64,000 nucleotides of DNA, taken from positions 15,639 to 79,638 of the forward strand of contig CAWKEC010000004.1 of assembly GCA_963848625.1 (NCBI GenBank). Reading direction: 5' to 3'. Positions 30,201 to 40,465 of this stretch are shown here, piece after piece. The notes under the pieces are model-generated. The model ran no database searches, was not told the origin of the DNA, and saw only the letters and a list, made by a program, of their open reading frames with translations. Source of the DNA: an uncultured Alphaproteobacteria bacterium (lineage in GTDB: Bacteria > Pseudomonadota > Alphaproteobacteria > Rhizobiales > Devosiaceae). Within the stretch, counting starts at the first letter, position 1. Each line of letters begins with the position of its first letter. Position numbers and translations under genes: made by a program.

Positions 30201-31957
30201 GCTGGGCGAACGCCAACGGTTATTCGCGCTGCCGCGCTCGAGTTGGCAGGATTACAACAAGGAGCTGCTGAGCAAGGGCGGCGGCATCTTCTCACGCGGC
30301 CTCAAGACGGTGCCACTGAGCCCCGAAGCACGAGCGGCGCTGGGGCTCGGCGCGGACCCGGTGACCCCGCAGGAGGTAATGAGCGCGATCCTTCGCGCCA
30401 GGGTCGACCTGCTCTGGTTCGGCGGCATCGGCACCTATCTTCGCGCCACCGGCGAGACCGACGCCGAGGTCGGCGACCGCGCCAATGATGCGGTGCGCAT
30501 AGCCGGGCGGGAGGTCACCGCTAAGGTCGTCGGCGAAGGCGCGAACCTGGCGGTGACGCAGCGCGCCCGCGTCGAATTCGCCCTCAAGGGTGGCCGCATC
30601 GATACCGACGCGATCGACAATTCGGCCGGCGTCAACGCCTCCGACATCGAGGTCAACGTCAAGATCGCGCTTGCCAGCGTGGTTCGCGCCGGAACGCTCG
30701 ATTTCGAGGGCCGCAACGCCTTCCTCGCCGAAATGACCGACGAGGTGGCGGCGCTTTGTTTGCAGAACAATTATCTGCAGACGCTGGCGCTCTCGCTCGC
30801 CGAACGTCCAGGGGTTCGCGCGCTGCCCGAGCACCGGGCCCTGATCGAGCAGCTCGAAAGCCGCGGGCTGCTGAATCGGACGATCGAGGCGCTGCCGGAC
30901 GATCCAACGCTGGCGACGCGGGAGGCCGCCGGGCAGGGCCTGACCCGTCCGGAACTCGCAACGCTCCTCGCCTACGCCAAGAATGCGTTCTACGCCGACC
31001 TGCTGGCCGGCCGCGGCCCGGACGATCCGCATCTGGGCGAAGAGCTCGGCCGCTATTTCCCCAAGACGCTCAATGAGCGCTTCCCCAATGCGGTGCGTAC
31101 CCACCGACTGCGCCGCGAGGTGGTAGCGACCGTGCTCGCCAACCAGATCGTCAATCGCGGCGGGCCGGGCTTCGTGGTCAAGATGGCGGGTGCGACCAGC
31201 GCCGACGCCGGCCAGATCGCCGCCGCCTTCTGCCTCGCGCGCGACGCTTACGGGCTCGAGCGGCTTTACGGCGAAATCGATGCGCTCGATGGGATGGTCC
31301 CGGGCGCGCTGCAGCTCGGCCTCTATGCCGAGATTGGAACGCTGCTCGAGCGCGAGACGCTCTGGCTGCTGCGCAATGCCGATTTCACCCAGCCGCTCGG
31401 CGAACTGGCGCTGCACTACGCCGAGGGCGTGACGGATCTTGCAGGGTTTGCTTAGCTCGCTTTTGCCGCCCGCGATCGAAAAGACCGTGGCCGAGCGCGC
31501 CGAAAAATTCGTGGCCGGCGGTGTGAGTGCGCAGATGGCGCGCCGCATCGCCGAACTCGAGCCGCTGAGCTTTGCGACCGATATCGTCGCCGTCGCGGCG
31601 CGCACCCAAAGCCCCATCGCGGTGGCGGCGGGCGCCTTTTTCGGCGTGCTCGACCTGTTCGGGCTCGGTACGATCATCGAAGCGGGCGGGCGCATCGCGC
31701 TGGCCGACCGTTTCGAGCGCATGGCCCTCGACCGGGCGCTGGCCAATCTGATCCGGGCGCAGCGCGACCTTACCGCGGATGTGCTTGGCTTCGCCCGCGG
31801 CGACTACAACACCCGCCTCGCCGCCTGGCGGGCCGCGCGGCCCGACGCCATCGACCGGGCCATCGCCGCGGTGGCGGGCCTCACGGCGGGCGAAATGACG
31901 GTGTCACGGCTTTCCGTGGCCGCCGGCTTGTTGTCGGATCTGGCCCGCTCGGCTTGA
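27202..31957 (+). CDS. gdhB: Large NAD-specific glutamate dehydrogenase (frameshift near 31445)
   Basis: ARGGIRWSDR, VKAQQVKNA, YLVVAADKGTA, GDAFASGGS, GVGDMSGDVFGNGML, DAIDNSAGV; the C-terminus continues in ORF 31439-31957. Confidence 0.95.
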
Positions 31958-31971
31958 AAGAGCGGTGAGCA

Positions 31972-32001
31972 ATGTGTATGTTTTGGCCAATTCATACACA
32001 T
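31972..32001. promoter_or_regulatory. vapBC operator palindrome
   Basis: ATGTGTATG-N12-CATACACAT immediately before the GGAGG RBS. Confidence 0.7.
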
Positions 32002-32012
32002 CGGAGGCTGGG

Positions 32013-32249
32013 ATGAGCCGGACCAATATCGACATTGATGATGAGTTGATGGCCGCGACGATGAAGGCGACGGGCCAGAAGACCAAGAAGGGCACTGTGG
32101 AAGAGGCGCTTCGCCGCGCGCTGAAGGCGGCGGCGCTCAAGGACCTCGTGGAGGGGATGCGCGGAATTGAGTGGGACGATGGCCTCGGCGAGCCCGCAGG
32201 CGCCATGGAATTCGCCGAGGACAAGGCTCGGTTCGAGACGAAGCCGTGA
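32013..32249 (+). CDS. vapB: VapB family antitoxin
   Basis: MSRTNIDIDDELM...TKKGTVEEALR. Confidence 0.9.
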   Translation: MSRTNIDIDDELMAATMKATGQKTKKGTVEEALRRALKAAALKDLVEGMRGIEWDDGLGEPAGAMEFAEDKARFETKP

Positions 32250-32638
32250 TCGTCGCCGACAGCTCCGTCTGGATCGACAACATTCGACAACGGGACACCC
32301 CACAGGTCCGACTCCTCAGGGCCTCCGAGCAAAATGACGTCATTGCCGGGGATATCGTGGTGCTCGAAGTGCTGCGCGGCGTGCGCTCGGAGCGCGAGGC
32401 CGCTAGCGCAGGAAGCCCGATTTCGCGCCTATGGCATCACGCCGATGCTTGATGCGGAGATCGCCGTCGCTCGGGGCTCGATAATTTCAGACACCTCAGA
32501 GCCCTAGGGATTACGATCCGGTCGAGCGTTGACCTAATCATCGCGAGTTTCTGTCTCGCCCACGGACACATCTTGCTGCACAGCGATCGCGACTTCGACG
32601 CCTTCGAACGCCACTTCGGCCTCAAGGTGCTGCACTGA
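32246..32638 (+). CDS. vapC: VapC PIN-domain toxin (frameshifts at about 32400-32480)
   Basis: IVADSSVWID, EVLRG, GITIRSSVDLIIA, LLHSDRDF; GTGA overlap with vapB. Confidence 0.88.
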
Positions 32639-32641
32639 TCC

Positions 32642-34240
32642 TCAGTGCCGGAAATGCCGCATGCCGGTGAACACCATCGGCACCCCGGCGGCATCGGCGG
32701 CGTCGATCACCGCCTGATCGTTCATCGAGCCCCCCGGCTGGATCACCGCCGTGGCGCCGGCTTCGACCGCCGCAAGCATGCCGTCGGGGAACGGGAAGAA
32801 CGCATCGGAGGCGACCACCGAGCCTTTGGTCAACGCGCCCTCAAGGCCAGCCGCCTCTGCCGCGTCGATCGACTTGCGGTGCGCCACGCGCGAGGAGTCG
32901 ACGCGGCTCATCTGTCCCGCGCCGATGCCGACGGTCGCGCCATCCTTCACATAGACGATGGCGTTCGACTTGACGTGCTTGGCGACGGTCATGGCGAGCC
33001 TGAGGTCGGCGAGCTCGGTGGGCGTCGGCTGCTTTTTGGTGACGACCTTGAGCTCGAGATCGGCGACGCGGCCGGTATCGCGGCTCTGCACCAGCATGCC
33101 GCCGGCAAGGGACTTGAAGGCGAGGCCGGGCGCGCGCGGATCGGCGAGGCCGCCGGTGATGAGCAGGCGAAGGTTCTTCTTGGTGGCGATGATCTTCTGC
33201 GCCGCATCCGAGGCCGCCGGCGCGATGATCACCTCGGTGAAGATCTTGGTGATCTCCTCGGCGGTCGCTGCGTCAATCTCCTGGTTGAGCGCGACAATGC
33301 CGCCGAACGCCGAGACCGGATCGCAGCGCTGGGCGAGGAGGTAGGCATCCTTCAGCGTGCTGGCGGTCGCGACGCCGCACGGATTGGCGTGCTTGATGAT
33401 GGCGACGGCCGGCGTTTTCGGATCGAATTCGGAGATCAATTCGAAGGCTGCGTCGGTGTCGTTGAGATTGTTGTAGCTCAGCGACTTGCCCTGGATCTGC
33501 GTTGCCGTGGCGACGCCCGGCCGGGTATCGGCGGTCTTGTAGAAGGCCGCCCACTGGTGCGGGTTCTCGCCATAGCGCATCACTTCGGCGAGCCGGCCAC
33601 CGAACGTGCGGTATGGAATGTCGTTGTAGTCGAGCGCGCCAGCGAACCAGTTGGAAATGGTCGAGTCGTAGGCCGCAGTGCGGGCGTAAGCTTTCGCCGC
33701 CAGCTTCTGGCGCAGCGCGTAGGGCACGCCGCCATTCGCGCGCACGGCCTCGAGCACCATGGCGTAATCGTCCGGATCGACGACCACCGCGACATAGGCA
33801 TGGTTCTTGGCGGCCGAACGGATCATCGCCGGCCCGCCGATATCGATGTTCTCGATGGTCTCGTCGTAGCTGGCGCCCTTGGCGATGGTCGCTTCGAACG
33901 GATAGAGATTGACCACGACGAGATCGATGGCGCCGATGCCATGCGCCGCCATCGCCGCCTGGTGCTCGGGCTTGTCGCGCACCGCGAGCAGTCCGCCATG
34001 CACTTTCGGATGGAGCGTCTTGACCCGCCCGTCCATCATTTCGGGAAAACCCGTGAGGTCGGCGATGTCTCGCACCGCGGCACCGGTGGCCGCGATGAGC
34101 TTCGCAGTACCGCCGGTCGAGACCAGCTCGACCCCGAGCCCGGCGAGGCCCTTAGCAAAATCCTCTAGGCCGGTCTTGTCGAAGACGCTGATCAGCGCGC
34201 GTTTGATGGGGACGATCGCGGATGGGCTGGGTGCAGACAT
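32642..34240 (-). CDS. purH: Bifunctional AICAR transformylase/IMP cyclohydrolase
   Basis: [49 protein letters not shown]. Confidence 0.98.
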   Translation of the reverse strand: MSAPSPSAIVPIKRALISVFDKTGLEDFAKGLAGLGVELVSTGGTAKLIAATGAAVRDIADLTGFPEMMDGRVKTLHPKVHGGLLAVRDKPEHQAAMAAHGIGAIDLVVVNLYPFEATIAKGASYDETIENIDIGGPAMIRSAAKNHAYVAVVVDPDDYAMVLEAVRANGGVPYALRQKLAAKAYARTAAYDSTISNWFAGALDYNDIPYRTFGGRLAEVMRYGENPHQWAAFYKTADTRPGVATATQIQGKSLSYNNLNDTDAAFELISEFDPKTPAVAIIKHANPCGVATASTLKDAYLLAQRCDPVSAFGGIVALNQEIDAATAEEITKIFTEVIIAPAASDAAQKIIATKKNLRLLITGGLADPRAPGLAFKSLAGGMLVQSRDTGRVADLELKVVTKKQPTPTELADLRLAMTVAKHVKSNAIVYVKDGATVGIGAGQMSRVDSSRVAHRKSIDAAEAAGLEGALTKGSVVASDAFFPFPDGMLAAVEAGATAVIQPGGSMNDQAVIDAADAAGVPMVFTGMRHFRH

Positions 34241-34263
34241 GGGACTCCCGTGGTTCGTAGGAA

Positions 34264-34335
34264 TGCCCAGGCGAGCGGCAGTTCAGGTTCGCGTTCCCCG
34301 ATGGTGGCCCATCTCATCTCGCCAGTCGCGCGAAC
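34264..34335 (-). ncRNA. ZMP/ZTP (pfl) riboswitch
   Basis: Minus strand gttcgcgc-GACTGGCG-agatga-GATGG-gcca-CCATC-GGGGAA-cgcgaac-linker-GCCGCTCGCCTGGGCA, with P1, P2, P3 and the GGCG/CGCC pseudoknot; directly 5' of purH. Confidence 0.93.
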
Positions 34336-34385
34336 GGCGGACCTATTGCAGAAATGCACCGGCTTGGGAAGTGTCCCGCGCGCCG

Positions 34386-36053
34386 TCAGCCTTCGTCCAG
34401 CGTGAATATCCAGCTGATCTCGGCCGCATCATCGGCCGGCACGTCGAGCACGATCTGCCGCGTCCGATGGAAGCCGAAATAGGCCGAATGCCGCACGCTG
34501 TCCTCGATGCGCATGTCGGCGCCTTCCCAGAGAAAGTTCCAGATCGCGCCGGAGTTGAGCTGGAGCTTCACCACGTCGTCCGCGACCTGCACCTGCGCCT
34601 GGTGCGCAAGATGAAAGCGGATGGCACAGGCCCCGCTCATCCGGCCACGGGCGCGCAGCAGCCGGTCCTGCCCCACGAGCGAGGTGCCCTCGGCAATGAG
34701 CGTTAGCCGCCGTTCGAGCACGACCCCGAACCGCTCGGCGTAGCCATAGCAGCGCATGGCCAGCGACTGCTCGCTTTCCTCGGCGCCCATCTCGGGGTCG
34801 CGCCCGATCGGCACCACGCGATTCCTCAGCGGCCCGCGCGTCGGGATGGAGGCCGCCGAGAGCGCATTGATGGTCGGCGCCGAATGCGCGATGCCCTGCC
34901 GGAACAGCAGCGCACTCTCCTCTTCGTCCGATTGCGCCGGCCCGCAGTTGCAGACCACGAGGTCGCGCCCGTGGCTGAACTCAAAGGCGAGCGCGGCGGC
35001 ATGCATATGCCGGGCATAGTCCGGCGCCGGCACGAGGCCGGAATCGGCGACGACGATCGAGCGGCCCGAGATCAGCCGGCCATAGCCGCCGGCCGTGCCG
35101 GTGGCGCGGGCCCGCGACGGGCTCTGGGCCTGGAGCGACACGATGATGTCGTGCGGCATCTGCCCGGTGCCATTGAAATAGGCGGGCTCCCCGGTGCCGA
35201 GCGAGACCGCGTCGAGCGCCACGTGCATGCTTTCGAGCAGGTCGGCGAATTCGTTGTGATAAGTGTCCGATTGCCGGAGCAGGGCCTGGCGCAGCGTCGT
35301 GAGCTCGACCATCAGCATGAACTGCACCTTGGCCGAGCGCGAGCGGTGCAGCCCGTCCTCGTCGACCTGCTCGTCGAGGAGCGCATTGACGCGTTCGAGC
35401 CGGGGCGCGATTTCGCGATCGAGCTCGTGGTCGCAGAGCGCCACGCCGAGCAGCGCGATCGCCGCCATCAGCTGGTCGACCGGATCGTCGGCGAAATTGG
35501 AACGCAGGCGCAGCGAATGGATCTGCGTGCCGAGCGAGCGGGCGATCAGCGTCGCGTCCTCGGGATTGGCGCCTTCGATGAGGATGTTGAAATGCCTCAG
35601 CCAGTTCATCACCCGGCGCGCCGTGAGCGACAGGCCCCAGATGACGCGATCGAACTGCCCGTCGCGCTCGATCCAGTCGAGCGCGAGGCTGCGCGCAAAG
35701 CCACGCTCCTCGTCGTTGCGGGCGTCGCGGAAATGCCGGAGCCAGGCGAAGGCCTGGAGGTCGTCGAGCCAGTCGTCATGCACCATGTCGACGGCGAAAG
35801 GCGACACGCCGTGGGTGTCGACGAGTTTCGAGGCAAGCAGGTAGCGCCCCTGCATCATCTCGAGGATGGATTCGCGGTCGGTCGGGCGAAATTCGGTGAG
35901 GGCGGAGGAGTAATCCTCGGTCGCCGGACCCGTCCAGCTCCAGCGGATCAGCGGGTTGCTGACCGAGAAATCGGCGACCCTCCTGGCAGTGCGACGCGCA
36001 AGAAAAGCTAACGGGTTTGCCAACCGGCCCCTCTCACACAATCCGCGGGCCAC
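34386..36053 (-). CDS. Heparinase II/III family protein (start uncertain)
   Basis: FAWLRH, ARRVMNWL, DGLHRSRS, HAAALAFEFS, VCNCG, AHS, IRFHL; usual neighbour of purH. Confidence 0.85.
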   Translation of the reverse strand: MARGLCERGRLANPLAFLARRTARRVADFSVSNPLIRWSWTGPATEDYSSALTEFRPTDRESILEMMQGRYLLASKLVDTHGVSPFAVDMVHDDWLDDLQAFAWLRHFRDARNDEERGFARSLALDWIERDGQFDRVIWGLSLTARRVMNWLRHFNILIEGANPEDATLIARSLGTQIHSLRLRSNFADDPVDQLMAAIALLGVALCDHELDREIAPRLERVNALLDEQVDEDGLHRSRSAKVQFMLMVELTTLRQALLRQSDTYHNEFADLLESMHVALDAVSLGTGEPAYFNGTGQMPHDIIVSLQAQSPSRARATGTAGGYGRLISGRSIVVADSGLVPAPDYARHMHAAALAFEFSHGRDLVVCNCGPAQSDEEESALLFRQGIAHSAPTINALSAASIPTRGPLRNRVVPIGRDPEMGAEESEQSLAMRCYGYAERFGVVLERRLTLIAEGTSLVGQDRLLRARGRMSGACAIRFHLAHQAQVQVADDVVKLQLNSGAIWNFLWEGADMRIEDSVRHSAYFGFHRTRQIVLDVPADDAAEISWIFTLDEG

Positions 36054-36071
36054 GCCACGGCACCAAGACCT

Positions 36072-37364
36072 TCAACGCCGGCGGAACCGCGCGACGAAGA
36101 ACCCATCGAGCGTGCCGCCGGCGGCACCCGGCGCGACCATGCCCGGATGGGTCCGCACGAACCCCTCTTTGGTCACGGGAGCGCCCCACCCGTCAAGCTC
36201 CCCGGGGGAAACCGGCCAGAGCTCGAGGCCCTGACCCGCCGCCCAGGCAGCCTGCGCCTCGCCTTCGGCGGGCTCGAGCGAGCAGACGCAATAGATGAGC
36301 ACGCCGCCCGGCACGAGGCAGGCGGCAGCCTTGTCGATCAGCTGCCGCTGGAGCGCAACGCGGCTCCGAGGATCGGCGCGGTCACGCCGCCAGACGACTT
36401 CGGGGTGCCGGCGGAAGGTGCCGGTGGCCGAGCACGGCGCATCGACGAGGACGCCATCGAAGGGGACGGCCGGAGTGTAAGCGAGGGCGTCGGCGGTGAC
36501 GAGTTCAGCGGCATAGCCGAGCCGCTGCAGATTGCCGGCGAGCCGCTGGACGCGCTGCGGGTCGCGATCGAGCGCGGTGACTGTATAGCCGGCCTTGAGG
36601 AGCTGCGCCGCCTTGCCGCCGGGCGCGGCGCACAGATCGAGCACGCGCGACCCGGCCGGCAACTGCATCAATCGCGCCGGGATCGCGGCGGCCGCGTCCT
36701 GCACCCAGAAGGCGCCGGTCGCGAAGCCGGGGAGCTGATCGACGGCGCGATCGCGATCGAGAATGCGAAGGGTGTCACCGAGCACCGGCGTGCCCCCTAG
36801 CCCCGGATCGGCGGCCTTGAGCGTGACATCGAGCGGCGCGCCGTCGAGGAGGGCCTGCGCGAAGCCCGCGATGGCCGCCTCGCCATAGGCCGTGCGCCAC
36901 GTTGCGAGCAACTCAGGCGAAAACAGCGTTTCCGGCGTGATCGCGACATCGGCCTGCCGGCGCTGCGCCTCGCGCAGCACGCCATTGATGAGCTTGATGA
37001 GATGCTGCGTCTTGGGATCGGCGCGCATCGCCTCGCCCGCGAGAAACAGCGCCGAATGCGCACCGAGATCGGGCAGGAAGAGCAGTTGCGCGAGGCTGAT
37101 GCGCAGCACCGGCTCGAACAGGCCGGACTTTTTCGGCAGGCCCTTGCTGAGGAGACCCGCGATCAGCCGGTTGATCGGCCCCTGGTAACGAAGCGCTGTG
37201 GTCACCAGCCGGTTGGCGAGGGCACGGTCGCGCGGGTCGGCGATCTGCGCCGCGCCGAACGGCGAGAAATTCTGCCCCTGCAGCACGTCGGCGAGCCGCT
37301 GCGCGGCCGCGAGCCGGGACGCGAGCCCCTCAATGATCCGGTTTTTCGCCAAGCCGCGTGACAC
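36072..37364 (-). CDS. RsmB/NOP family RNA m5C methyltransferase
   Basis: WVQD, DLCAAPGGK, DAPCSATGTFRRHPE, YCVCSL. Confidence 0.92.
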   Translation of the reverse strand: MSRGLAKNRIIEGLASRLAAAQRLADVLQGQNFSPFGAAQIADPRDRALANRLVTTALRYQGPINRLIAGLLSKGLPKKSGLFEPVLRISLAQLLFLPDLGAHSALFLAGEAMRADPKTQHLIKLINGVLREAQRRQADVAITPETLFSPELLATWRTAYGEAAIAGFAQALLDGAPLDVTLKAADPGLGGTPVLGDTLRILDRDRAVDQLPGFATGAFWVQDAAAAIPARLMQLPAGSRVLDLCAAPGGKAAQLLKAGYTVTALDRDPQRVQRLAGNLQRLGYAAELVTADALAYTPAVPFDGVLVDAPCSATGTFRRHPEVVWRRDRADPRSRVALQRQLIDKAAACLVPGGVLIYCVCSLEPAEGEAQAAWAAGQGLELWPVSPGELDGWGAPVTKEGFVRTHPGMVAPGAAGGTLDGFFVARFRRR

Positions 37365-37435
37365 CTGCGTTTGCCTCGCGGTTGGCTAACGGTAAAGTGG
37401 AGGCCGCGCCAGACGTTTCCGAACGGAGTGCGACC

Positions 37436-37642
37436 ATGAGTGACGCCCCAAAGCCGAAGCCGCCAATGACCAGGCCGGCTCTTTCGCCTGCTGCCACGCG
37501 CGCGCTGGCGGAAGCCGCCGAGCGTCGCCGCGCCATCGATGCGAAGGTGGCGGCGCAGCCGAAGGAAGCCGGTGGACGCGGCGGGCTCGACCCGGCGCGC
37601 TATGGCGACTGGGAGGTCAAGGGACTGGCGACGGACTTTTAG
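37436..37642 (+). CDS. DUF1674 protein (SDHAF4/Sdh8-like)
   Basis: RALAEAAERR...EAGGRGGLDPARYGDWEVKGLATDF. Confidence 0.92.
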   Translation: MSDAPKPKPPMTRPALSPAATRALAEAAERRRAIDAKVAAQPKEAGGRGGLDPARYGDWEVKGLATDF

Positions 37643-37653
37643 GCGGGCGGCGC

Positions 37654-38088
37654 TTACGGCACCCGTTTCAGCCCGCCGAGCTTGCAGACGATGGCCCACT
37701 CCTCCTTGGTCACCGGCTGCACGGACAGCCGCGAGAGCTTGACCAGCGCCATGGCCTCGAGCCCCGGCGTGTGCTTGATCGCTTCGAGCGTCACCGGCTT
37801 GGGCAGAGGCTCGACCCCGACCACGTCGACGCATTCCCAGACGACGTTGCCCTTGTCGTTGGGCGCGGCGGTCGAGTCGGGATGGGCGAGCTTCGTCACC
37901 TTCATGATGCCGACGATCTCCTTGCCGACATTGGAGTGGTAGAAGAACGCGAGCTCGCCGAGCTGCATCTGCTTCATGTTGTTGCGCGCGGTGAAGTTGC
38001 GCACGCCGTGCCACTCCTCGACGGGCTTATTCATGAGGTCGGTGAAGCTGAAGACGTCGGGCTCGGATTTCATCAGCCAATAGGCCAT
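37654..38088 (-). CDS. EVE domain protein
   Basis: YWLMKSEP, WHGVRNFTARN, FFYHS, SRLSVQPV. Confidence 0.95.
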   Translation of the reverse strand: MAYWLMKSEPDVFSFTDLMNKPVEEWHGVRNFTARNNMKQMQLGELAFFYHSNVGKEIVGIMKVTKLAHPDSTAAPNDKGNVVWECVDVVGVEPLPKPVTLEAIKHTPGLEAMALVKLSRLSVQPVTKEEWAIVCKLGGLKRVP

Positions 38089-38101
38089 CGCGGACCTCCT
38101 C

Positions 38102-38383
38102 TCAGAGATGGTTGATCGTGACCTTCCAGGGCTTGATCGTCACCTGGTCGAACAGCCCCTCGCGCACGAACGGGTCGCGGGCGAACGCCGCGCGCGCGGT
38201 GTCGAGGCTTTCGGACTCGATGATGACGATCGAGCCGACGCCCTCGCCCCTGTCGTTGAGGAACGGGCCGGCGAGCAGCAGGCTGTCGCCGAGCGCGTCG
38301 AGGTGCTTGAGGTGATCGGGCCGAATGCGCTGGCGATCGGCAACGGCGTCGGGACGATCGAGCCCGACCAAGGCGAACTGCAT
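38102..38383 (-). CDS. yciI: YciI family protein
   Basis: RPDHL, AGP, GS, DPF motifs. Confidence 0.9.
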   Translation of the reverse strand: MQFALVGLDRPDAVADRQRIRPDHLKHLDALGDSLLLAGPFLNDRGEGVGSIVIIESESLDTARAAFARDPFVREGLFDQVTIKPWKVTINHL

Positions 38384-38384
38384 T

Positions 38385-39344
38385 CTAACTCTCCCGTTTG
38401 AGCGGCCGGGACATCAGTCCCGCCACGATCCGCTCGATGGACTGCGATTTGCCGAGCAGCAGATTGACCGCTTCGATCAGCGGCGCGTCGATCCCCGCGG
38501 CGCGCGCCAGGCGCTGCGCGACCGGGGCGGTGGCGACGCCCTCGGCGAGATCGAGCGGCGGCGCCTCGCCGCGGCCGAGCGCAACGCCGTAGCGATAGTT
38601 GCGCGACTGGGTCGAGGTGCAGCTGAGCGTCAGGTCGCCGAGGCCGGCAAGGCCCATGAGCGTCGCCGCATCGCCGCCGAGCGCCGGGAGAATCCGGCCG
38701 AGCTCGGCGAAGGCCCGGGCGATGAGGCCGGCCCGCGCCGAGGCCCCGAGCTTGGCGCCATCGACGGCGCCGGCCGCCAGCGCGTAGATGTTCTTGAGCG
38801 CGCCGCAGAGCTCGACGCCGACACGGTCGGACGCGGCATAGGGCCGAAAGCTCGGCCCGGCGAGAAAAGCCGCGATCTCGGCGGTGGCGGCCTCGTCGTC
38901 GCCGGCGAGCGTCACGGCGGTCGGCCGGCCGGCCGCCACATCGACGGCAAAACTCGGGCCTGAGAGGACGTAGGGCACGGCATCGGGCGCGACATCCGCG
39001 AGGATTTCGGATTGCCGGAGCAGCGTTCTAGCCTCGAGCCCCTTGGCTGTGAGGACGACCGGTTCGCCGATCGGGCCGAGCGCGGCGAGCGCGGCGCGGC
39101 TGGCCTGCGCCGGCACGGCAAGCAGGACGAGATCGGCGCCCGAGAAACGGTCGGAGGCGCTGATCATCGGCGACAGGCGCTGCGGCCCGAGATGGCGGGT
39201 GTTGGTATGGTCGCGGCTGATCTCGGCGAGCACCGCGGCATCGCGGCCGATCAGCGTAACGCGCCGGCCGGCGGTGGCCACCGCCTGTGCCAGCGCCGTG
39301 CCCCACTGGCCGGCGCCGATGATCGCGACCGACTCAATGGCCAT
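38385..39344 (-). CDS. gpsA: NAD(P)H-dependent glycerol-3-phosphate dehydrogenase
   Basis: [37 protein letters not shown]. Confidence 0.96.
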   Translation of the reverse strand: MAIESVAIIGAGQWGTALAQAVATAGRRVTLIGRDAAVLAEISRDHTNTRHLGPQRLSPMISASDRFSGADLVLLAVPAQASRAALAALGPIGEPVVLTAKGLEARTLLRQSEILADVAPDAVPYVLSGPSFAVDVAAGRPTAVTLAGDDEAATAEIAAFLAGPSFRPYAASDRVGVELCGALKNIYALAAGAVDGAKLGASARAGLIARAFAELGRILPALGGDAATLMGLAGLGDLTLSCTSTQSRNYRYGVALGRGEAPPLDLAEGVATAPVAQRLARAAGIDAPLIEAVNLLLGKSQSIERIVAGLMSRPLKRES

Positions 39345-40404
39345 GGGCGAGCGCCATATCGGCACTGTCGAGCGGCCAGCGGGCGCGCGCGGCAAAATCG
39401 AAGCCGTCGGTCGCGCCGAGCGCCAGCCGCTCCGCGCCGGCCCAGGCGACCATCGCGCCGTTGTCGGTGCAAAGAGCAATCGGTGGCACGACCACGCGGG
39501 CGCCGCTGCTGCTGGCGACTGCGCGGAGGCCGGCCCCGATCGCCTGATTGGCGGCAACGCCGCCTGCGACCACCAGCACTGGAGGCGCATCCGGCAGATC
39601 GGCACGGAAGCGCGCGAGCGCCGCGGCGGCGCGGGCGGTGACGATGTCGGTCACGGCGGCCTGAAACGACGCGCAAAGATCGGCGGCGTCCTGCGTCGTC
39701 AGCGGCGCGATCGCTTCGGCCGCGAGGCGCACCGCGGTCTTGAGGCCCGAGAACGAGAAGTCGAGGCGCTTTTCGTGGAGCAGCGGCCGCGGCAGGGCGA
39801 AGCGGCGGGGGTCGCCGGTGCGGGCCAGTTTCTCGACTTCCGGGCCGCCCGGGACGCCCAGATCGAGGAGCTTGGCCACCTTGTCGAACGCCTCGCCCAG
39901 CGCGTCGTCAATGGTGGTGCCCCAGCGCTCATAATCGCCGACGCCATTGACCAGCACGAACTGGCTGTGCCCGCCCGAAACCAGCAGCAGCAGATAGGGG
40001 AAGGCCAGCCCGTCGGTCAGCCGCGCTGTGAGCGCATGCGCCTCGAGATGGTTGACCGCGATCAGCGGCTTGTTGAGCGCGGCGGCGAGCGCCTTGGCGG
40101 TGGTGAGGCCGACCAGCACGCCGCCGATCAGGCCGGGGCCGGCCGTCGTCGCGATGCCGTCGAGCGCACTGAGCGGCACGCCGGCATCGGCAGAAGCACG
40201 CGCGATAATGTGGTCGAGGTGGCTCACATGCGCGCGCGCCGCGAGCTCGGGCACCACCCCGCCATAGGGCGCGTGCTCCTCGAGCTGGCTGCGGACGATA
40301 TTGGAAAGGATGCGGCTGCGACCGGCGGGCGAGCCGTCGGCCTCGCGCTCGACGATCGCCGCCGCGGTCTCGTCGCAACTGGTCTCGATGCCCAGAAGCC
40401 GCAT
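39334..40404 (-). CDS. tsaD: tRNA t6A threonylcarbamoyltransferase
   Basis: [41 protein letters not shown]. Confidence 0.97.
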   Translation of the reverse strand: MRLLGIETSCDETAAAIVEREADGSPAGRSRILSNIVRSQLEEHAPYGGVVPELAARAHVSHLDHIIARASADAGVPLSALDGIATTAGPGLIGGVLVGLTTAKALAAALNKPLIAVNHLEAHALTARLTDGLAFPYLLLLVSGGHSQFVLVNGVGDYERWGTTIDDALGEAFDKVAKLLDLGVPGGPEVEKLARTGDPRRFALPRPLLHEKRLDFSFSGLKTAVRLAAEAIAPLTTQDAADLCASFQAAVTDIVTARAAAALARFRADLPDAPPVLVVAGGVAANQAIGAGLRAVASSSGARVVVPPIALCTDNGAMVAWAGAERLALGATDGFDFAARARWPLDSADMALAHGH

Positions 40405-40465
40405 TGCTTGGGAAATCCCGAAAGTCTAAGGCGTCTGGGACTCGCGTATAGGGGAGAAGCCGGCT

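Noticed and set aside
1-31957. Frameshifts in sdhA, the EamA gene, the HI0933 gene, PIMT copy 1 and gdhB as pseudogenes or programmed frameshifts
   Set aside because: They are scattered single-base indels, often in G/C runs, in otherwise well-conserved core genes, with no slippery-site pattern. This is typical of long-read consensus error.
37654-38088. EVE domain protein as part of a modification-dependent defence system
   Set aside because: It sits in the conserved alphaproteobacterial tsaD-gpsA-yciI-EVE housekeeping cluster with no nuclease partner.
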